From positions 5,398 to 69,397 of the forward strand of contig JACONI010000072.1 in the NCBI GenBank assembly GCA_014323825.1: a stretch of 64,000 nt of DNA. Direction: 5' to 3'. Shown here piece after piece: positions 1 to 8,987 of the stretch (its first letter is position 1; each line of letters starts with the position of its first letter). The notes under the pieces were generated by a model, which did no database searches, was not told where the DNA came from, and saw only the letters and a program-made list of their open reading frames with translations. The translations under genes and the position numbers were made by a program. The stretch is from Ekhidna sp. GTDB taxonomy: Bacteria > Bacteroidota > Bacteroidia > Cytophagales > Cyclobacteriaceae.

Positions 1-597
1 GGGGGGATTCCAAAAAACATCTTCTTCCTGACCTGTGACGCTTTCGGAGTAATTCCTCCAATTCAAAAATTATCGAAAGGTCAGGCTATGTATCATTTCA
101 TTTCAGGATATACTTCAAAAGTAGCAGGAACCGAGGCCGGAGTTACCGATCCGGAGCCGGTATTTTCTGCCTGCTTCGGTGCACCGTTTTTACCTCTACA
201 CCCTACAAAATATGCGGAGATGTTAGGAGAGAAAATGGATACTTATGATGTAAAGGTGTGGTTAGTCAATACCGGATGGACGGGCGGCCCTTATGGTGTA
301 GGCAGCAGAATTAGCCTTAAATACACCCGAGCCATGATCACAGCGGCACTGGAGGGCAATCTTAATGACGTTGGCTACAGAACACATTCAATCTTCGGTG
401 CTGAGATACCTACAACATGCCCGGGCATTCCCGGAGAGGTCCTGAGCCCTCGCGAGACTTGGAAAAACGATAAGGCATTTTATCGAAAAGCGAATGATCT
501 TGCCGATAGATTCATTGATAATTTTAAAAAGTTTGAAGCGTTTGCTAATGACGAAATCATGGCCGGCGGACCTAAGAAGAATGAAAAATATTTATAA
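1..597 (+). CDS. pckA: Phosphoenolpyruvate carboxykinase (ATP), 3' part; gene begins before the window
   Basis: Frame is open from base 1 ([20 protein letters not shown]...[59 protein letters not shown]), the typical PEPCK-ATP C-terminal motifs. Confidence 0.97.
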   Translation, partial: GGIPKNIFFLTCDAFGVIPPIQKLSKGQAMYHFISGYTSKVAGTEAGVTDPEPVFSACFGAPFLPLHPTKYAEMLGEKMDTYDVKVWLVNTGWTGGPYGVGSRISLKYTRAMITAALEGNLNDVGYRTHSIFGAEIPTTCPGIPGEVLSPRETWKNDKAFYRKANDLADRFIDNFKKFEAFANDEIMAGGPKKNEKYL

Positions 598-870
598 CTG
601 AAAAACTTCTTTACTCTCAGCTAAATAATGCTCCAACTATGGTATCGGGTTATTACAGCTGCTAATGTATAGCAAGAGTAAGTATCTTAATTCTTATCAT
701 CTTGAATGATTCGAATTAAAAACGGAGTGTGACGATAAATTAAAAGGCAGTGATTCTGTGGGGATCATTGCGCCAAAGAAAGATAATGATAATATTTACC
801 ATTCGAGAGCGGGGAGTACGCGCTATCTAAGTTGCAGATGTATGAAATTTTATAATTTACAATATAAGTT

Positions 871-1953
871 TTGATACGAATAGTTTTATCGGTAGTCTTT
901 TTGATACCGATTTTTTTATTTGCACAGGAGCGTGACCGCACGAAAAAGAAGTCATCGACAGCTATATTTCCCGCAGTCAGTTATGCCCCGGAAACCGGTC
1001 TTCAGTTTGGAGTGGCAGCAGTTCGGGTGTTGAAAAGCAATGAGAAAAATCAATCAGACTATTTAAGGCAATCAACACTGTCACCTTTTTTTCTCTATAC
1101 ATTTAAGCACCAGATTATATCTGCTATTAACCTTACCTACTTTACTCCCAACGATAATTTGCTTGATGGATCCGTTCGGTATTTCAATTTTCCGGATGCT
1201 TACTTTGGAGTGGGAAATGATAATGATCCGAATGTCTCCGAGACTTATACAAATACTTTTTTTCAATTGCGGGGATCCTATCTGAAATCTACTTCAGCAA
1301 AAACATTTTTAGGGATTGGCTGGGATGGACAGTTTAACAGCATAAGGAAAATAATACCAAATGGAATGCTGGCATCGGACAATGCAGCAGGCATTGAGGG
1401 AGGATTGCTGTTGGGCTTGGGACCTGCTTTTCGTTATGATACAAGGGACAATACAATTTATCCTTCCAAAGGGTATTTTGTGACATTAAGAACACTTTTT
1501 ACATACCTTGGAAATTACAGCTATACAAATTATTTGATAGATGCCAGGAAGTATATCAGCCTGTGGAATGAGGCTAATATTCTGGCCTTTCAACTATTCT
1601 CCGGTATGAATACAGGGGATAAAATCCCATTTTACAAACTCCCTCAGTTAGGCGGGGATGATCGTTTAAGAGGTATTTCAAACGCAAGTTTGTATCGGGA
1701 CAGACAGATGATTTATGCTCAGGTAGAGTACAGAAGGCCTCTGTTTTGGCGGTTTGGAATGGCTGCATTTGCCGGAGTCGGAGATGTAGCCGAAGATTTC
1801 GGCGATTTTACTGTTTCGGAATTCAAATATGTTTTTGGTATGGGGGGACGTATGGCTGTTATTCCCGAAGATAAATTAAATATCAGAGTTGATCTAGGCG
1901 TAGCACGGGGAGGTCAAATTGCTATTTATGCCGGTATTAGAGAAGCTTTTTAG
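871..1953 (+). CDS. Omp85 (BamA/TamA-family) outer-membrane barrel without POTRA domains
   Basis: Signal peptide (LFA|Q), P.vsYaPETG start, RYDTRDNTIYPSKG, LGGDDRLRG loop-6 motif, C-terminal Phe (IREAF). Confidence 0.85.
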   Translation: MIRIVLSVVFLIPIFLFAQERDRTKKKSSTAIFPAVSYAPETGLQFGVAAVRVLKSNEKNQSDYLRQSTLSPFFLYTFKHQIISAINLTYFTPNDNLLDGSVRYFNFPDAYFGVGNDNDPNVSETYTNTFFQLRGSYLKSTSAKTFLGIGWDGQFNSIRKIIPNGMLASDNAAGIEGGLLLGLGPAFRYDTRDNTIYPSKGYFVTLRTLFTYLGNYSYTNYLIDARKYISLWNEANILAFQLFSGMNTGDKIPFYKLPQLGGDDRLRGISNASLYRDRQMIYAQVEYRRPLFWRFGMAAFAGVGDVAEDFGDFTVSEFKYVFGMGGRMAVIPEDKLNIRVDLGVARGGQIAIYAGIREAF

Positions 1954-1959
1954 TGCTAT

Positions 1960-1977
1960 GCGGCCCCCGCCTTTTTT
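1960..1977 (+). terminator. Weak intrinsic terminator between convergent genes
   Basis: GCGG-CCC-CCGC hairpin followed by CTTTTTT; the stem is only 4 bp. Confidence 0.35.
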
Positions 1978-1991
1978 AAGGAATTGATACG

Positions 1992-4900
1992 TTATCGAAT
2001 GATTTGAAGCCATCCTTTACAAATGAAACTATTGGGAAATTGAATATGATAGTAATAAACCCCGGAGGGCGAGTCACCGCCGTCCCAATTATTATCATAG
2101 TCGTCTTTTTCATAAATAGTTTTTCCGGCTCTGTTTACAATGACTACATCTACGGGGACCGGAGTTTTAATTTCAAAACGGTCATTTAGCTTATCATTGT
2201 TGGGCGTGATTACGTTAGGGATAAATATCTCAGAAGTTTCGACTGTCAGCGTTTGCTCTATCAGACATTGCTCATCTATCTCCAGTCCTATGGAATAGAC
2301 TCCGGGGTTTTGATAAGTATGTACGGGGTTGAGCTCAAAAGAAGTTTGGCCGTCTCCAAAGTCCCATGCCATTGCCCGGTTGTACTCTGTTTTGTTGAAA
2401 AACCGGAAGGTACTTGAACTAAAACAGTTCATAAATACCTCTTCTACCTCTATTTGTTCTATGGTTGTAGTATTTACTTCTACGGTTACACTTTCAGTAA
2501 ACTGACAACCATTTGGTGTGGTAATATCTACTTCATAGACGGTACTTGTCGGAGGGTTAGCTATTGGATTTGAAATGCTTGTATTACTTAGTCCTATTTC
2601 AGGTCTCCAGTTATAATTCACTCCGCCGGCAGCAAGTAACTTGGTAGAGACTCCGTCACAAATTATCACATCGGGCGATATGCTCACCTGATCATCATAG
2701 ATATTGATTGTGGTCTCAAAAGTATCTTCAGAGATACACGTGTCGTCATCTCTTACCGTCAGCCTTACGTTGTATGCTCCCGCTTTGTCAAAAGTCACCA
2801 ATATGGCATCAGAAGTAGTTGAAGTCACTCCATTACCAAAATCCCAAAAGAACTCTTTACCTCCGGCACTTGTGTTGATAAACCGGATTGAACTTGGCAA
2901 GCACCCTGAGTTGATACCCTCGTTTTCTCTATTTTCATCAGTAGTTTGAAAGCCTGCCCGCAATGTTGCCAGGTCAAACTTGAATGCGACATTATTGCAT
3001 CTCCGTGCTCTATTGGTTTCAGACCATGCGTTTTGAGTGGTCGGAAAATCATCCGTAGGCCCTCCGCAAGAACAAACAGATTGATAAACAATTCCTTTTT
3101 TATCAAACCTGCTTGTGCCCCCGTCAACATGGTCAGGAGTACCATTTGTGCTCCCGAAGTAGGTGGCGTAAAGCAGTTCAGACCCGTCTCCGGATAATAC
3201 AAATAAATAGAAGTCGCCCCCGTCCGTTCTTCTTTGGTATGCATCCGAGGTAATCGGGAGGCCCCGCATGTTCAGGTTGCTGAAGCGAATACTCCCACCC
3301 CAACCGCTTAGGAAAAGGTTACCGCATTCACTGGCAAGGAACGCTGTCGGTGAAATATTGGGTATCGGATTTCCTGTCCCAATGGTGGTCGAAAAGATTG
3401 TTGAGTTAATACCGGCGTTGAATTTATGTATAAACTGCCCGCTATTGGGATTGGAATACACCCCGTTTGATATTGGGTAATTTCCTGTTGTTTGTCCCAT
3501 AGCGTAAACGTTTTGTTTTGAATCAATATCTATAAAATAGATTTGATCGTATGACGGAGTACCAACATAAGTACTGGTGATTAAAATGTCATTTTCAGTA
3601 TCAATTAATGTGATAAAACCATCAATGCCTCCAATTTGAGCACCAATGAAAGCATTGGAAGTAACCGGAAATCTTGAGCTGGTTGTCCCCCCGCCGACTG
3701 CAACCTGACCAAGTTTATTCAACTTAACAGAATATGCGGCATCATCCTTTTCACCACCGAGATAAGTGCTCCATAAGAGATTGCTTAAGTTTGAATCAAA
3801 AGAAAAAACCACCGCATCAGAATTGCCGCCGCCGTATAACGGTTGTATTCCGCTTGTCGTTGGAAAATCCAAGTTACTTGTTGTTGGAAAAACGGGGGGT
3901 TCGGTGCTTGAAGCTACATAAACATTGTCTTTCTCATCAATGATTATATCACCTCTTTGATAATCTCCGTAATTGTAGATCAATTCATTAACGGGATCGG
4001 GGATCGAATTTATTGCAAGCACCCCGTCATTACCGGAACCACCGATGTAGGTAGATGCTGCCAGTCGGCCATTCGGATCAAGCTTAGTGACCACAATATC
4101 TGTTCCCCTAGCATAGTATTCGAATAAGTTAAACGGGTCACCTCCGTTGTAGGTTCTGTCAAAAGCTGAATTTGAAGTAGGGTAGTCGGTGGATCCCGAC
4201 GTGCCCAATATGAGGAGTTCATTCGCATTATTTACCACCAAACTATGAGGTGACTCTCCCCCGCTACCCCCGATAAAAGTAGCATAGAGGAGCTTCTGAC
4301 CAATTGAGTCGTATTTTTGAATGACAATGTCGGTTATGCCCCCGCCAAACGGCTGTCCGGTGGTGACAGGAAATGATGAACCGAATACAATTCCACCACT
4401 GTAGAGATTCCCGTTATCATCAAAACACGCTGTATATCCAAAATTATTAGAAATCGAACCTGAGAATGTTGAGAAGACAAGTTCAGGGTCTATTACCAAC
4501 GCTTTATTCGGATCATAGTTTTTTGACAAGACATAAGACAGTTCATTATCTTTAAGGGCATAGCTAGTCTCGATCATTATCTTATCTCCATTTTCATCGG
4601 TTTGATAAGAAACGGGCTTATTTTCCATCATCGAAGCTGATTTTAACACGATAAAAGCACATTCATCTTCTAAAAAAATATTTGTGGCATCACTGTATTT
4701 AATGATGATCTTTGAGGCATCCGCATGTTCGCCCACAAGCCAATCATACTTTATTGCACCTTCACCACTGTACATGCGGAGGTCAATTTCCCGATAAACA
4801 TCTTTAAAAAGCAACTCATCATACACACTACAGTTTTCTGCCCATTTCGATGGGTCGGAACCCAAATAAAAATTGTATTGCTCCTGATGTTTTTTAGAAG

Positions 4901-5225
4901 GGACTACCCAAAAATGGTTTGAATCTTTGAACTCCAAATCAACTTTGGAAAAAGACGATTCTCTTAGTCCGTGAGAATGACCGTGATGATGGCGCTTTTC
5001 TTCTGCTTTAATATTTGTTAAGCGATAAGAGAGTCCGTTTTTCTTGATATACAGTTTCCCTTCCGGCAAGTCCACACCGAAAAGCACCTCACTATTCCAC
5101 TGACCTTTATTTTCCACGAAGGGAAAAGCACTTTTCTGTTGTGCCGGCACTGTAAGGCTCGCAGACAAAAAAAAGAATAAGGAAACTGTTCTCAAGGTTG
5201 AAAGTGTAATTTTCTTGTATCGCAC
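1992..5225 (-). CDS. T9SS type-B (gliding-motility CTD) cargo with N-terminal FVENKGQW domain, SBBP-like propeller repeats and PKD domains
   Basis: Signal peptide (VPA|QQ), FVENKGQW motif, repeated STYxGG motifs, WDFGxG PKD motifs, C-terminal IPNVITPNNDKLNDRFEI...GVYYYHI...KGWLQIIR. Confidence 0.9.
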   Translation of the reverse strand: MRYKKITLSTLRTVSLFFFLSASLTVPAQQKSAFPFVENKGQWNSEVLFGVDLPEGKLYIKKNGLSYRLTNIKAEEKRHHHGHSHGLRESSFSKVDLEFKDSNHFWVVPSKKHQEQYNFYLGSDPSKWAENCSVYDELLFKDVYREIDLRMYSGEGAIKYDWLVGEHADASKIIIKYSDATNIFLEDECAFIVLKSASMMENKPVSYQTDENGDKIMIETSYALKDNELSYVLSKNYDPNKALVIDPELVFSTFSGSISNNFGYTACFDDNGNLYSGGIVFGSSFPVTTGQPFGGGITDIVIQKYDSIGQKLLYATFIGGSGGESPHSLVVNNANELLILGTSGSTDYPTSNSAFDRTYNGGDPFNLFEYYARGTDIVVTKLDPNGRLAASTYIGGSGNDGVLAINSIPDPVNELIYNYGDYQRGDIIIDEKDNVYVASSTEPPVFPTTSNLDFPTTSGIQPLYGGGNSDAVVFSFDSNLSNLLWSTYLGGEKDDAAYSVKLNKLGQVAVGGGTTSSRFPVTSNAFIGAQIGGIDGFITLIDTENDILITSTYVGTPSYDQIYFIDIDSKQNVYAMGQTTGNYPISNGVYSNPNSGQFIHKFNAGINSTIFSTTIGTGNPIPNISPTAFLASECGNLFLSGWGGSIRFSNLNMRGLPITSDAYQRRTDGGDFYLFVLSGDGSELLYATYFGSTNGTPDHVDGGTSRFDKKGIVYQSVCSCGGPTDDFPTTQNAWSETNRARRCNNVAFKFDLATLRAGFQTTDENRENEGINSGCLPSSIRFINTSAGGKEFFWDFGNGVTSTTSDAILVTFDKAGAYNVRLTVRDDDTCISEDTFETTINIYDDQVSISPDVIICDGVSTKLLAAGGVNYNWRPEIGLSNTSISNPIANPPTSTVYEVDITTPNGCQFTESVTVEVNTTTIEQIEVEEVFMNCFSSSTFRFFNKTEYNRAMAWDFGDGQTSFELNPVHTYQNPGVYSIGLEIDEQCLIEQTLTVETSEIFIPNVITPNNDKLNDRFEIKTPVPVDVVIVNRAGKTIYEKDDYDNNWDGGDSPSGVYYYHIQFPNSFICKGWLQIIR

Positions 5226-5815
5226 AAAATTTGCCTATTTTACATAAAAAAGTAATTAAACAAATAGATTTTAAACCAATACAACTTCATAACCTACCTG
5301 TTTCTATTTACTTCAATATGTTTTTACTAATACAACTTATTATGCGTTATCATTTAGAATAAAAAAATCATTCACCTTACTAAAAATCAGTAAATGGTTT
5401 TAGCTGTAAAATATCAAAAACAAACAACTTAAATGCAATTTACGAAAAAATATTAGATCAGCATTACTTAAAATGCACAACGGGTTAATGCCTTTAAAAC
5501 AGCATTTTATTTTCCGTATGTTTTTACAAAAAACTCACTACTACAGTATATAAACTTCTAAAAAAAGTATTTCAGGTTATAACTTATTTAAGCCACTTAA
5601 TATCTCTTCCTTTCTCACATTTTAAAGACTCATGGTCAAATCTCTAATAATAAATTATTCCGGACACATACACCGCTTCTATCTCTTCTCACTTTTAAGA
5701 CAGCTATTAAAATCGCTCGTCTTTTCATTTTTATCTTGAGTGCTTTGCCTTCAATGACAAGTCAGTTTGCAGATGGTCTCCGCAACTCCGGGAAGCTTTT
5801 TGTAAAACCTTCTTT

Positions 5816-5823
5816 TACCTTTG
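5816..5823 (+). promoter_or_regulatory. Bacteroidota primary-sigma -7 element for leuS
   Basis: TACCTTTG matches TAnnTTTG, 24 nt upstream of the leuS ATG. Confidence 0.6.
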
Positions 5824-5847
5824 CATGCTTTCAAATGAAGAGATAAC

Positions 5848-8613
5848 ATGGCTGACTACAATTTTCGGGAGCTTGAAAGCAAATGGCAGAGATATTGGGA
5901 AGAAAACGATGTTTACCGCACTTCCAACCTTTCAGAAAAGCCCAAATACTATATCCTCGATATGTTTCCTTACCCGTCCGGTGCGGGTCTTCACGTAGGA
6001 CACCCGCTGGGCTATATTGCCTCAGACATTGTAGCGAGGTATAAGAGATTGAGAGGATTTAATGTACTGCACCCGATGGGCTTTGACAGTTTCGGCCTGC
6101 CCGCCGAACAATATGCGATTCAAACGGGACAACATCCGGCCGTTACAACGGAAACGAACATCAACCGATATAAAGAACAGTTAAAGGCTCTGGGGCTTTC
6201 TTATGATTGGTCAAGAGAAATCAGAACCGGCAACCCGTCATTTTACAAGTGGACACAATGGATTTTTAAATTGATTTACAACAGTTGGTACAACAATACT
6301 TCAAATCAAGCCGAGCCTATTGAAGCACTCATTGAAATACTTGAGAAAGAAGGAAATGCAGCGATCAATGCAGCCTGCGACAGTGATACACCTTTGATTA
6401 CCGCCAAAGAATGGAGAGAATATACTGAAAAAGAGAAAGAAGCCCTTCTTATCAAGTATCGATTGACTTATTTGTCTGACTCAACGGTCAATTGGTGTCC
6501 TGCACTCGGAACAGTCCTTTCCAATGATGAGGTGAAAAACGGATTTTCAGAACGAGGGGGGCACCCGGTCATTAAGAAAAACATGCCTCAGTGGAGTATG
6601 CGCATTACAGCTTATGCAGACCGACTGCTTTCCGGTTTAGATGAAATAGACTGGCCGGAACCCGTCAAGGAAATCCAGAGAAATTGGATCGGCAAATCAG
6701 CGGGTGTGGAAATTGATTTTCAAATTGAAAATACCGAGGAGAAAATTCGGGTTTTTACTACGCGGATGGATACCATCTATGGGGTGACCTTCATCGTACT
6801 TGCTCCCGAAAGTGAACTTACCTCATTACTTACCGATCCGGAACAAAAAGAAGAAGTCAATGCTTACATAGAAACGGTAAAGAATCGCTCCGATCGAGAC
6901 CGAATGAGTGAAGTGAAAAACATCACCGGAGTGTTTACCGGAAGCTATGCCGTACACCCGTTCTCCGGTAAAAAAATACCTGTTTGGATCGCTGATTATG
7001 TACTGGCAGGTTATGGCACCGGAGCAGTCATGGCCGTTCCCGGCGGGGATCAACGTGATTTTGATTTTGCAAAGCACTTTGATCTGCCGATTGTGCAGAT
7101 TAATGATGCACAAAAAATTACGGAGACGGCAGCCGATCCTACGAAAGACGGAAAGATCATCCATTCCGATTTCTTAAACGGGCTTACACCTAAAGAAGCG
7201 ATGGAAAAGGGAATGGAGGAGGTAGAGAAGAGAGGGATTGGAACCCGAAAAGTAAACTTCAGGTTACGAGATGCCGTCTTTGGACGCCAGCGATACTGGG
7301 GAGAGCCTATTCCGGTATTTTATGAAAACGAAATACCCCATCCGGTTGATAACCGGGAACTTCCCCTTGAGCTCCCTTCCATTGACGAATACCTGCCGAC
7401 AGAAGAAGGAGCCCCCCCATTAGGAAGAGCCAATGACTGGAACCGTCAGGGAAACCCTTACGAACTGAGCACGATGCCCGGGTGGGCGGGCAGCAGTTGG
7501 TATTTCTTTCGATACATGGACCCGTCAAATGAAAATGAATTTTGCGGTAAGAAAGCACTGGAATACTGGCGGGATGTAGACCTTTACATGGGAGGAAGTG
7601 AGCATGCAACAGGCCACCTGCTCTATTCGCGCTTCTGGACAAAGCTCTTATATGACAGAGGATACGTCGGTGTAGAGGAGTACGCAAAGAAGCTCGTAAA
7701 TCAAGGAATGATACAGGGGAGATCAAACTTCGCTTACCGAATCAAAGGAAAAAATACGTATGTTTCAAAAGGACTGAAAGATAACTATGATACCGTACCG
7801 ATCCATGTGGATGTCAATATCGTAAACGATGATATATTAGAAGTGGGCGCATTTAAAGATTCAAGACCCGATGCGAAGGATGCGACATTTATCCTCGAAG
7901 ATGGAAAATACATCTGCGGCTGGGAAACAGAGAAAATGTCCAAGTCCAAATTCAACGTCATAAATCCCGATACCCTGATCAAAAAGTACGGGGCTGATAC
8001 TTTACGAATGTATGAAATGTTCCTGGGGCCGATTGAACAAAGCAAACCCTGGAATACGAACGGCATTGAAGGAGTTTTTAAGTTCTTAAAGAAATACCGG
8101 TCATTGTTTTATCCGAACGGCGCATTTGAGGTGTCAGCCGGAAAGGCCGCTCATGAAGAGCTGAAAGTGCTTCATGCAGCCATCAGGAAAGTGACAGAAG
8201 ATGCGGAAAGGCTTTCACTGAACACGTCCGTGAGCACTTTTATGATAACCGTCAATGAATTATCCGCATTAAAATGTAATAAGCGGGAAATATTAGCGCC
8301 GCTTACCGTCATCCTCTCCCCTTTCGCACCACACATTACCGAAGAAATCTGGTCACTCTTGGGTAACAAAAGCTCAATTGTGAATGCTGTCTATCCTGAA
8401 CTCAAAGAGGAATACCTGGCAGAGGATACTTTTGAATACCCTGTTGCCATAAATGGAAAAATGAGAACCAAAATCAACTTCCCCGTCAATGTAGGTAAAG
8501 AGGAAATGGAAAGAAGAATACTTGCCAATGAAGTCATTCGGAAATGGATGGAGGGTAAAACACCTAAAAAAGTGATTGTAGTGAAGAATAAGATTGTAAA
8601 TATTGTCGTTTAA
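5848..8613 (+). CDS. leuS: Leucine--tRNA ligase
   Basis: LDMFPYPSGAGLHVGH (HIGH), KMSKS, GxQRYWGEPIP, editing-domain FTTR, C-terminal VIVVKNKIVNIV. Confidence 0.99.
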   Translation: MADYNFRELESKWQRYWEENDVYRTSNLSEKPKYYILDMFPYPSGAGLHVGHPLGYIASDIVARYKRLRGFNVLHPMGFDSFGLPAEQYAIQTGQHPAVTTETNINRYKEQLKALGLSYDWSREIRTGNPSFYKWTQWIFKLIYNSWYNNTSNQAEPIEALIEILEKEGNAAINAACDSDTPLITAKEWREYTEKEKEALLIKYRLTYLSDSTVNWCPALGTVLSNDEVKNGFSERGGHPVIKKNMPQWSMRITAYADRLLSGLDEIDWPEPVKEIQRNWIGKSAGVEIDFQIENTEEKIRVFTTRMDTIYGVTFIVLAPESELTSLLTDPEQKEEVNAYIETVKNRSDRDRMSEVKNITGVFTGSYAVHPFSGKKIPVWIADYVLAGYGTGAVMAVPGGDQRDFDFAKHFDLPIVQINDAQKITETAADPTKDGKIIHSDFLNGLTPKEAMEKGMEEVEKRGIGTRKVNFRLRDAVFGRQRYWGEPIPVFYENEIPHPVDNRELPLELPSIDEYLPTEEGAPPLGRANDWNRQGNPYELSTMPGWAGSSWYFFRYMDPSNENEFCGKKALEYWRDVDLYMGGSEHATGHLLYSRFWTKLLYDRGYVGVEEYAKKLVNQGMIQGRSNFAYRIKGKNTYVSKGLKDNYDTVPIHVDVNIVNDDILEVGAFKDSRPDAKDATFILEDGKYICGWETEKMSKSKFNVINPDTLIKKYGADTLRMYEMFLGPIEQSKPWNTNGIEGVFKFLKKYRSLFYPNGAFEVSAGKAAHEELKVLHAAIRKVTEDAERLSLNTSVSTFMITVNELSALKCNKREILAPLTVILSPFAPHITEEIWSLLGNKSSIVNAVYPELKEEYLAEDTFEYPVAINGKMRTKINFPVNVGKEEMERRILANEVIRKWMEGKTPKKVIVVKNKIVNIVV

Positions 8614-8680
8614 AGGATTTTTCTGCCGGGCATTGTTATCCCATTATATTTAATTGACGGTTTCTTTTTAACGTCCGCAT

Positions 8681-8712
8681 GGTAACCGCTTCAGGTTACC
8701 CTTTTATTTTTT
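8681..8712 (+). terminator. Intrinsic terminator of leuS
   Basis: GGTAACC-GCTTCA-GGTTACC perfect 7-bp stem followed by CTTTTATTTTTT. Confidence 0.75.
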
Positions 8713-8828
8713 GCTTGTACAACTTATTTCAGGACGAGCCCCCTGCGACAAGCTCTCCCGCAGATTTCGCTGACGGACGCAGACGTGTTTTGATGAAGAA
8801 AAAGAGCCCTTATTAAGGATATTAGAGC

Positions 8829-8860
8829 AACCTTGAAGGTTTTGAAAACCTTGAAGGTTT
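8829..8860. repeat. Tandem pair of short palindromic REP-like units (AACCT-TGA-AGGTTT)
   Basis: aaccttgaaggttttgaaaaccttgaaggttt; the 15-mer aaaccttgaaggttt (8846-8860) recurs exactly at 40689-40703. Confidence 0.7.
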
Positions 8861-8912
8861 AAAATAACGACGATAGCATTGCAGCAGTCCTCTCTGATTT
8901 GGCGAATCATTC

Positions 8913-8943
8913 ACTTTTGGGAAGTTTGAAACTTCCCAAAAGT
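8913..8943. repeat. Perfect 31-bp palindrome (15-bp arms, 1-nt loop); REP-like element or bidirectional terminator
   Basis: acttttgggaagttt-g-aaacttcccaaaagt, 44 nt past the stop of the 4663-aa gene. Confidence 0.75.
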
Positions 8944-8987
8944 TTCCGAGCATGTTTTCACTTTGCCGGAGACCTTAATTCTTACCT

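Noticed and set aside
598-870. pckA-Omp85 intergenic region as a riboswitch or ncRNA
   Set aside because: No recognisable conserved motif or strong stem by eye; an Infernal/Rfam scan would settle it.
5226-5847. 620-bp AT-rich region upstream of leuS as a T-box or small gene
   Set aside because: No T-box consensus (AGGGTGGNACCGCG), no credible ORF; it looks like a divergent promoter region.
8704-8910. 68-aa minus-strand ORF (NLQGFQNLQG)
   Set aside because: It is the translation of the REP-like palindromes, not a plausible gene.
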